Under the pieces are notes generated by a model that saw only the letters and a list, made by a program, of their open reading frames with translations, was not told the DNA's origin and did not search any database. A DNA stretch of 28,172 bases from a virus (taxonomy: Duplodnaviria > Caudoviricetes): IMG/VR virus record IMGVR_UViG_3300020413_000055, positions 1-28,172 of that record, one strand, 5' to 3'. This document shows, piece by piece, positions 1 through 7,900 of the stretch (position 1 is the stretch's first letter; the number at the start of each line of letters is the position of its first letter). The position numbers and the translations under genes are program-made.

Positions 1-293
1 CCATTAACATCATTTTTACCTGACCAACTAATTACCCAATCATCTTCTATTTTATCTGTATCAATTTCTGCACCAAAAAAATCAGGATCAACAATATTAT
101 CTGCATCAACTCCGACCCATCTGTCAGTTTCAGATAACGCCGATGCGGCTTTATGTGCAGCATCACTACCAAACACACCATGTGATCGTTTTGCCCAAGG
201 ACACTTACTTTGCAAGTCTGCGAAATTTGCATTAGCGTTAGGTTCATCATATGAGATGAATATAATGTCTAGTTCAGTTACTGGTATTTTCAT
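1..293 (-). CDS. GT-A-fold (DxD) glycosyltransferase-like phage protein, N-terminal part (runs off window)
   Basis: Not in the ORF track. My translation from the ATG at 293 is MKIPVTELDIIFISYDEPNANANFADLQSKCPWAKRSHGVFGSDAAHKAASALSETDRWVGVDADNIVDPDFFGAEIDTDKIEDDWVISWSGKNDVN, open to the window edge. It has a GT2-like first strand (DIIFISYDE) and a DAD motif, and overlaps the upstream gene by 20 nt. Confidence 0.8.
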   Translation of the reverse strand, partial: MKIPVTELDIIFISYDEPNANANFADLQSKCPWAKRSHGVFGSDAAHKAASALSETDRWVGVDADNIVDPDFFGAEIDTDKIEDDWVISWSGKNDVN

Positions 294-1164
294 TTGTATA
301 TTTTACTTTAAGATATTTTTTATTAACATGGATTTCTTTATCTTCTAAAAAAATATTATCTATATGTTGCCATGGTAATTTAATTTTAATAAAATTGTTT
401 CCTTTTATATCTGCTAATTTAAAAGAAAAACTAGTTTCTAATTTATTTCTATTTTTTCTATCGGTAAAAAAAATTGTAATTTTATCATTTAAAACAGAAT
501 CAAATTCTTGCCAATAATGTATATGATTTCTAACTAATAAATCCCAATCACTAAATTTTACAATCTCTAGATGAATATCCTTGTCTATTAAATTTCTATC
601 GATTTTTTTAATTTTTATTCTATCCGACTCTAATATTTCATATGCATATTTTTCGAAACATCGTTGGGTTTTAAATACCAAATCTTCTATATTTACTTTA
701 CTTAAAACTGTAGAGATATCTTGTTTATATTCTCCGTATTTAATATAATCATTTAAATCTATTTCTAACGTACCTAACAATTCGGGACTTTTTTTAGAAT
801 GGAGAAATACTTTTAACACAGGATGAACAAACTGTATGTTATCAAATTGAAACGGGTCGATCAATTCTTGTAAAAAATATTGATTAATTTTTACTTTAAT
901 TAATGCATCGTCAGGATAAACATTTAATTTAACAGTTGCATTTTTACCGTATTCTATATTTGTAAATTTTTTTTCTAACGGTACTCTAAGAACATTATCT
1001 TTTTTAAGCAATTCTCCATTAAACACTATATAATCCTGCATGTTGTTACCTTGTAGCATTTTGGTAACTCTGTCATTTTCTATTAGCGAACAATTTTCTC
1101 CAGCAGAAACATTTATTCCCTCGATGGCACCTGTCCATTTATTATGTTGAAGATAAATCTGCAT
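274..1164 (-). CDS. hypothetical protein (296 aa) within the glycosyltransferase cluster
   Basis: Long ORF in very AT-rich DNA that overlaps both neighbours (23 nt and 20 nt). No recognisable catalytic motif. Confidence 0.75.
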   Translation of the reverse strand: MQIYLQHNKWTGAIEGINVSAGENCSLIENDRVTKMLQGNNMQDYIVFNGELLKKDNVLRVPLEKKFTNIEYGKNATVKLNVYPDDALIKVKINQYFLQELIDPFQFDNIQFVHPVLKVFLHSKKSPELLGTLEIDLNDYIKYGEYKQDISTVLSKVNIEDLVFKTQRCFEKYAYEILESDRIKIKKIDRNLIDKDIHLEIVKFSDWDLLVRNHIHYWQEFDSVLNDKITIFFTDRKNRNKLETSFSFKLADIKGNNFIKIKLPWQHIDNIFLEDKEIHVNKKYLKVKYTNENTSN

Positions 1165-1897
1165 TTCGATAATGTAATGGATAATATTGATTAAAGTTTT
1201 CTACATAAAAATTAGTCATGTCCCCCCAATAATATAAATCTTCGTCCCATTTTTTAACAGGAGCATTTAAACAAGATACTTTCATATCTATATATTTAAA
1301 CACATTATTTTTATCATATATAGTATCTTCGATGCCTAACATCTTTAAACAAGCAGGAAATACATGACTAGTCCTAAGTGATGTAGGTCGTTTATTAGGA
1401 AATATTTCTAAACTTATAGATCTATAATTTTTTAATACTTGTTCTAATATTGTAAATAATTCTTGGGCTACTTGTCCTTTTTTAAAGTAAAACATTTTTT
1501 CATATGCAGGACGGATCCCATGTTCTGTTAAGATTTTATCATACTGCTCATGTTTTATTGTTTCTTGCTTATAATTTATTATTGTATTAGGAAATAATAA
1601 ATCAAATTTAGACAAATAATTCCACCAATAAGAATAGTCATTAAGAAATAACATATCAGCATCTAGCACAATAGTTTCATCATACGGAGTGACCCAATAT
1701 AATTGCCATAAATTTAATAAATTGCTTGTAAATGTATTTTTATGCCACTCTGATTTTTTAGTAATATCTTCGTATGGGAAATTGTCCGATATAATTGTTA
1801 CATCATCATTAGTATGATGCTCTATACTTTTTTTAAGAGTTTGTGCCTTACTAATATAAGGTTCGTCTACTGCATATATTAAATAACCTCTAGACAT
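1142..1897 (-). CDS. putative glycosyltransferase, GT-A fold (GT8-like)
   Basis: Starts MSRGYLIYA, contains TPYDETIVLDADM (DxD) and a C-terminal PLHY histidine motif typical of GT8-like enzymes. Paralogue of the upstream gene; 8-nt overlap with it. Confidence 0.75.
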   Translation of the reverse strand: MSRGYLIYAVDEPYISKAQTLKKSIEHHTNDDVTIISDNFPYEDITKKSEWHKNTFTSNLLNLWQLYWVTPYDETIVLDADMLFLNDYSYWWNYLSKFDLLFPNTIINYKQETIKHEQYDKILTEHGIRPAYEKMFYFKKGQVAQELFTILEQVLKNYRSISLEIFPNKRPTSLRTSHVFPACLKMLGIEDTIYDKNNVFKYIDMKVSCLNAPVKKWDEDLYYWGDMTNFYVENFNQYYPLHYRNADLSST

Positions 1898-2954
1898 ATA
1901 ACTCCATTAATTTATCATAGTGTCTATCAACTGCACGTTTATTCATCATATGTAAGTTCTCGCCTTCGCTATAAGTCAAAATATTGTTCCATTCTTCTTT
2001 GTAATTATTTGCAAAAAACACAATACCATTTTTATCTACACTTGCAATATCATCTTTGTATGCCATATACTTCATAGGCGAGCCTGGTAATTCGGCAAAC
2101 AAATCATCTGTATATTCTACAAAGTTTTTTAATAAGTGCATACTAATACTAACTGCAAAATCTGTTCTATATAGTCCTTCTGGAAATTTATACAAAGATT
2201 GATAATAATCATAGTTTTCTTTTACATGGGCCCACATATCAAAAAACATTTTAGACATAGGTGATTTATCAAAATATATAATAGTCGACCAATGTAACGG
2301 AATGCCTACATCATTCAATCTTTTATCTAAATTATGGTCAGGTTCTATATTTTTTAGTGTTTGTGCATTTCTGTATAATTGTATAGGCGAATTTACATCA
2401 AAAGCTAAATTTAGTATAGCATTATTGACTAAAAAATCTACATCAAATAATATAGTTTGATCATATGGTGATAATTCAAATACTTCATGTTTATTTAAAT
2501 TATTAAATTGTGCTTTATAATTAGCATATGGTGTGTCATAATAATTGCGTACATTTGGTGTAGATTCATTTTTTTCGTGTACTATAATATTATTAAATAA
2601 TTTTGTTAATATTCCATTAGGATTAACTACATTTGGAATTTTTTTTGATGTATCGAAGGTAATTGCCCAAGATGATTCTTGCATAATATTTTTTATAAAG
2701 CTAGAATCATCTGATCCTTCAAAATGGTTTAAAGAACCAAAATCAGTAATTATAGTACAAGGCAAGTTTAAATGCTTTTTTACAGAAGCCGCACTTAAAC
2801 ATGCTAACTTAATATAATCTATTTGTTCGTTATTATACGCAAAAAATATTGCGCCTTTACTCGAAGTTAACGAGCTTTTTAATTGATCTTGCTTTTCGGA
2901 TTTTTTCGTATCCTTGAAAGTGTTCATTTTTTGCATTTGCATATGTGTAAACAA
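1890..2954 (-). CDS. putative glycosyltransferase, GT-A fold (GT8-like); start codon uncertain (2954, 2942, 2936 or 2927)
   Basis: SKGAIFFAYNN first strand, SPYDQTILFDVDF (DxD), WSTIIYFDKS and a C-terminal NLHMMNK. Aligns by eye with 1142..1897. Confidence 0.75.
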   Translation of the reverse strand: MFTHMQMQKMNTFKDTKKSEKQDQLKSSLTSSKGAIFFAYNNEQIDYIKLACLSAASVKKHLNLPCTIITDFGSLNHFEGSDDSSFIKNIMQESSWAITFDTSKKIPNVVNPNGILTKLFNNIIVHEKNESTPNVRNYYDTPYANYKAQFNNLNKHEVFELSPYDQTILFDVDFLVNNAILNLAFDVNSPIQLYRNAQTLKNIEPDHNLDKRLNDVGIPLHWSTIIYFDKSPMSKMFFDMWAHVKENYDYYQSLYKFPEGLYRTDFAVSISMHLLKNFVEYTDDLFAELPGSPMKYMAYKDDIASVDKNGIVFFANNYKEEWNNILTYSEGENLHMMNKRAVDRHYDKLMELYV

Positions 2955-3207
2955 TATTTTCTAAAAAGTCTTTTGGATCGTCTATTTTAACAGGATTTCC
3001 ATTAACATCATCTACAACAAATTCTGCATACTCTAAATCAATCATAGTTTTAGTTAATGCAATAAGTTGTTCTGTTGTTTTAATAAGTCTGTCTCTGTAT
3101 GTTAGAAGTTTTAGGTCTTCTACTTTTGAAAATAATGTTTGTTGTTGATTATACAGGGTTTGTCTAAAGTTTGAAAAGTCTAATGCTTTTTCTAATTTAC
3201 TATCCAT
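2857..3207 (-). CDS. conserved phage hypothetical protein (116 aa), possibly an assembly chaperone
   Basis: Strong RBS (AAGGAG) upstream. The MDSKLEKALDFSNFRQTL and VDDVNGNPVKI motifs are ones I recall from jumbo-phage genes at the end of tail modules. Confidence 0.8.
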   Translation of the reverse strand: MDSKLEKALDFSNFRQTLYNQQQTLFSKVEDLKLLTYRDRLIKTTEQLIALTKTMIDLEYAEFVVDDVNGNPVKIDDPKDFLENIVYTYANAKNEHFQGYEKIRKARSIKKLVNFE

Positions 3208-3216
3208 ACTCTCCTT

Positions 3217-4971
3217 TTATGACATGGTTATTCTTTCTCGTTCATCCGAATCATCTTCGTCTGTTGAAAAGTTTACATATACTGCCGGTGTGCCTTCGGC
3301 ATTAAATTGAAACATACTATTTGGTTTTCTAATTCCATAATACATTCGTATTGTGGCACTAGCCATGTTCATAGCACTCATACTATTATCATAACTACAT
3401 CTTACTATAATACTATGATCGGTATCTGTAAGACTATGAACTATTCGCCAATCCATAAAAACATATCCCTCAGGATCTCCTTCTGATCTGCTTCCACCGT
3501 ACAAAGCCGCATCTCCTTTTAATGCCATTGCCCGAAACCATCTAGACATAACCCATGTACCATTGGTTATATCACTTGCTTCTTGATTAAAAGAATTTCT
3601 AGGTTTTCTTTTTAATGTAGCAACATTAGCATTAACACTTTCTATCTCTGCTTCATAATGATCACCTATAGAAAAAACATCATGTTCGCCATATGCTGTA
3701 TTAAAAGTCGAACCTTGTACTGTTACCATAGGAACGGCAGTAGTTCTCCAATTAGTTCCGCTAATATGTCCTCTACTAGTTGTATCTGCATTACATGCTG
3801 TTTCGTCAGTATGTATTCCTGTAGGACAATTACCAAAATGGTAATATCCACTGCTTCCTACAGAACAATAGTTTGCTTGTTCGGGAAGAGCCCATATTCT
3901 ATTAACAGTTCCGGTAACTCTAAAATTACCAGTTCCGCTATAACCTAAATTATGAAGGCTTCCACTATCTAATAGACTGACATTAGTACCTGATTTATCG
4001 CCGTCGTCTTCTGAAGGTTTTGTTACACCTAGTAAATGTTTACCACTTGCGATTGCATGCCATGTTGCAAATCCGCTCGATCCACTGCCATGGTAAGGAG
4101 TTACAGTTAAATTTCCTCCTTGATTAAACCAATATCTAAAAGTGTTCCAATTATCAAACTTATATCTAACTTCACTAAATGGTAAATTTTTATAATAATT
4201 AGTACCACCCGACGCACTCCACGGCCAAGGAGTTGTTGCACTTTGAGCCCAATAATCACTACCCCAACTTATAGTTTCTTCTGCTGTTTTTTTATTTTCG
4301 TGTGTCCATGCACCTACAGTTGCATCGCTATAATTTCCATAATTCCATCTTCCGGGAGGACCTGCATTATCTCTTATATATTCTATTTCATCAGAAAGTG
4401 TATTAAAATGATCATCTCTAACTCTACTTTGATCATCTGCTAATCCTACTTCTACTGAGGCTGTCTCACTTCCTCCTGGAGGATTAGGTAAATTAGATCC
4501 ACGTAATGCACCCCAATCTGTTACTTCGTCTTTTCTTACTATGTTTGCAAATGTACCACCTGTAGAATGTCCTGTTCTGCTTATTGATTCGTTTACTCTG
4601 CGTATAATTGCATTTAAATGATCTCTGTTTACTGACGATGCAGTAGGATCATGAGCATCCCCTCTAGCAAAATCTACAGGACTTGCTGGGTTTACATCTG
4701 CAGGATCACTTGCAGTAACACCTGTTGGATCATTATAAGCAGCAGGATTACCTGAAACTACTCCCATAGACGGAGCATCAGTAGAACCTTGATTCCATCC
4801 TTCTCCTCTTTGTTGCTCGTTGCCTGCATCTATATTTGCTAACGCAACACCAGGACCCCAAAAGGCAGTCCAGAGATCTTTTTCTAATCTTCGTATATGT
4901 TGTGATTGTATATTATCTGGTGCCGGATCACCGCTATTGGCGGCACCAGTTACATCGACATGTTCTGCCAT
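3217..4971 (-). CDS. virion structural (tail-associated) protein, 584 aa
   Basis: Gly/Ser/Thr/Asn-rich. The FRYWFNQGG motif resembles the RYFFNxGG motif I recall from jumbo-phage virion proteins. AGGA RBS; follows the tail fibre gene directly. Confidence 0.7.
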   Translation of the reverse strand: MAEHVDVTGAANSGDPAPDNIQSQHIRRLEKDLWTAFWGPGVALANIDAGNEQQRGEGWNQGSTDAPSMGVVSGNPAAYNDPTGVTASDPADVNPASPVDFARGDAHDPTASSVNRDHLNAIIRRVNESISRTGHSTGGTFANIVRKDEVTDWGALRGSNLPNPPGGSETASVEVGLADDQSRVRDDHFNTLSDEIEYIRDNAGPPGRWNYGNYSDATVGAWTHENKKTAEETISWGSDYWAQSATTPWPWSASGGTNYYKNLPFSEVRYKFDNWNTFRYWFNQGGNLTVTPYHGSGSSGFATWHAIASGKHLLGVTKPSEDDGDKSGTNVSLLDSGSLHNLGYSGTGNFRVTGTVNRIWALPEQANYCSVGSSGYYHFGNCPTGIHTDETACNADTTSRGHISGTNWRTTAVPMVTVQGSTFNTAYGEHDVFSIGDHYEAEIESVNANVATLKRKPRNSFNQEASDITNGTWVMSRWFRAMALKGDAALYGGSRSEGDPEGYVFMDWRIVHSLTDTDHSIIVRCSYDNSMSAMNMASATIRMYYGIRKPNSMFQFNAEGTPAVYVNFSTDEDDSDERERITMS

Positions 4972-4982
4972 CTAGTTTCCTA

Positions 4983-7900
4983 TTAGTTTCTAGTAACGGC
5001 TATTTCTATAGTACCTTCTCCATCAGAGTCGTGAGCCTCTAATGCTCTTCCAATTATAGCAAAAACAGAATCGTTTGTCAAGTCTGCTTTTCTAGCTCTG
5101 CCTTTTGTAGATGAAGAAACTAACCTATCACCTTTACTTATTTTTCCTACAACCTTGCAAGGACAACGACCTGACATTGCTACCATAGGATGAGTTTCAT
5201 CTGTTCCTGCACCGCCGTTTAAAATAAAAGCAGGGTCAGTTGATATTACTCCAAATACTTCAGTGTCATTTTCTGTTGTTGTTGCGGTTATTTCTTTATC
5301 ACCGCCTATTGCTACTACTGTTCCTGGTGTTATAACATCATCGGCTTCGTATCGTTCTGCTAAGTCAGCAGTATATGTTGACTGGAATGTCGACCCGCTT
5401 GTTAAGGACCAATCACCTTCTACTTCGCCTGTTTGTGAGTTACTACCAGAACTAAGTTTTGTTGTATAAACAGTCCTCCATCGCTTATCACTTGCACTAC
5501 CATTATCAGTTAAATTGGCATGCAGTTTTGAGATTTCATTTTCGTAATTTGTAGCACCTAAATCCCATATTGCATCGTCTGATGGAAATACATGTGAGCC
5601 TATATCTGCGTTAAGGTATACATTGCTATCCCAAGTTGTCTCGGCTGCTTTTGCTCCTATGTGTAAATTACCATGCAAAAATTGATCGGTAGCATCTACA
5701 ACAAATCTAGTAACTTGCGAACCTTCGGTATTATGTGTTCTACCAGTCGCATCTGACGCACCTTCTATAACAATCATGTCGGTTGCTTGAATGTGAACTT
5801 CATTTCCGTCACTTGCATTTGTGCTAGTTCCTATTGCAGTTGCACTATCTCCCTTATACCGTTGACCATATGGAAAAGTAGTTATATTAGCGTCTGTATT
5901 GTCTGTAGGTGAATTGTATGCTTTAATGTACACTTTACTTTCTTGTGTACCAGCAGTATGATTACCGTCACTTTTTGCTATAATATCAATCGAACTTAAT
6001 GCATTACCTTTACCTAAAGTATGCATATAAACATTTGCAGGATTATCACCTTGTGATGCAGAATGAATTTGTACAGAACCGTATCCGCCATTGTCTGTTG
6101 GTCCGCCGTATGCTCCAATAAAAATGTCACTTGCACCATTATGAGTTGCTACTGCATTAATATTAATTTTTGCTTTAGCACTTGTGCCTGTCGAATGAGT
6201 TGCTCTGTTTAAAATTGAAAATGCTTCTTCAGCATCCCATGGATTTTCTACTCTAATATTTTTAATATATGCATCAATAAAATGTCCTTGTGCATAACCT
6301 ATTGTCATACCAGAACCATCATAAGGTTCTACTGAATTAAATGCAGATGTGTTATGTCCGTCCATTGCTGGATACATACCTACATACTTTTGTGTATTAT
6401 CAGTAACATGTGGATTATCTGCTAATGTTTGTGGTGCGGCATTTACTGAAACCTGCGTAGGATCTGCACAAAATACACCATTGTGTTTTGTTGCATTAAT
6501 TTCTTTAAAAGGCTTTCGCATTCTATAGTCGGCACCAGTGCCTCCCTGTGTTGCTGATGTAAGTACTCCTGATGTATACCCTGTGGTTATAGAACCTCCA
6601 GTTGCAATACCAGGACTGGCTGCCTGCAATGTATCTCTTGACTCGCCTACGATTGCAGTTTTGTCTGTTTCAGAATAATGTTTACCGCCAGTAATAACAG
6701 TTGTACCGCCCGAAGGAAAACTACCATTTACTGCAATAGTAGGCATAACAAGAGCACCTGTCCCTGGAACTGCCGCAGTATCATGTATATGTACTCTAGG
6801 ACCATTCCAGCCAATACTTCTGCCTTCACGCAATGCTACTGCATGACCTGTACCTACTTCCCATACAGGATCTTCTAAAAATCCGTTAAGACTATTAGAT
6901 CCGTCCCATGTAAATGCAGTATTATCTACAGCAGAACCTCCAGGACTACCGTATCTTTGTGGTCCTCCTGATCCCCTCATATATGTTACTGTACCACCTG
7001 ATTGGGGACTATCACTTAATAATGCACTAACCTTACTAGATGATGTACCTCCTGTTGAAGCAGTATCTGTACCATTAATTAAGGAGTCACTTCCATCAGT
7101 AGGAAATGCATCTCTATAAAATCTAAATTCGCCTCTTAGTATTCTTTCGTCTTGATCAACAATTATAAAATCATTTTCACCATTATAAGGATATGAAGCA
7201 GATGTTACGTCTTGCGTAAATCCGTTATAATTTGTAATATGTCCGCCTATACTTCTACCACTTACTGATCCGTGTGTTCTATTATCACTAACAATATCTA
7301 ACTTACCACCTTCGGATGCTAAAATTTGTTTAACATCTAAATTGCCTAATGCAAACCCAGTAACACTATCGGCATTTTTTGTTTCTGCATCACTAGAATC
7401 TTCAACAACAGAAGCTGCGGTTCCTAGTTTCCAATAATTATCTGTAGTAAAAGCATCGGCAGTATCGTCCCATAATAAAACTGCTTTGGCTAATTCAGTA
7501 CCGCTGCTTTTTCCTCTATCAACAAATAATCCCGAAACACCTGTAAATTCGCTATCGTTGCCTATATCTTTTTGTCTATAATTGAGTTGTATTAAATTAT
7601 CTTGTATTGCTAAATTTTGTGTTTCTAATTGTGTTACTGTACCGCCATGTATAACATCGCCAGATACAGATAACCCTCCATTAATATGTAAATTTTTCTG
7701 TATATGAGCTCCGCCTTTAATCCTAAATGCTCCGTCGGCAGTAACAGCATCATTAGACGAACCTGATGCATTTAATGTTTGTTCACGCTCAAACGCAACC
7801 TCTGCATAACCAGCTCGTCGTCTTGTAAGCGGATTTGATTCGTCTGTAATTGTCATTTGATAACTACCAGCGGAACCTGTAATAGTTTCAACACTATTCC

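Noticed and set aside
47-250. 67-aa minus-strand ORF in the track
   Set aside because: It is an alternative frame inside the better-supported gene starting at 293, which has clear motifs and coupling to the upstream gene.
2866-2885. T-AAA-AAG as a -1 frameshift site fusing the 116-aa gene to the glycosyltransferase
   Set aside because: The -1 frame hits TAA within three codons; the GT lies in the +1 frame.
1-3207. Glycosyltransferase cluster as a captured bacterial LPS/capsule island
   Set aside because: No flippase, polymerase, membrane proteins or mobility signs. The genes are contiguous with phage tail genes, and the higher AT content is explicable by Lys/Ile/Asn/Phe-rich proteins.
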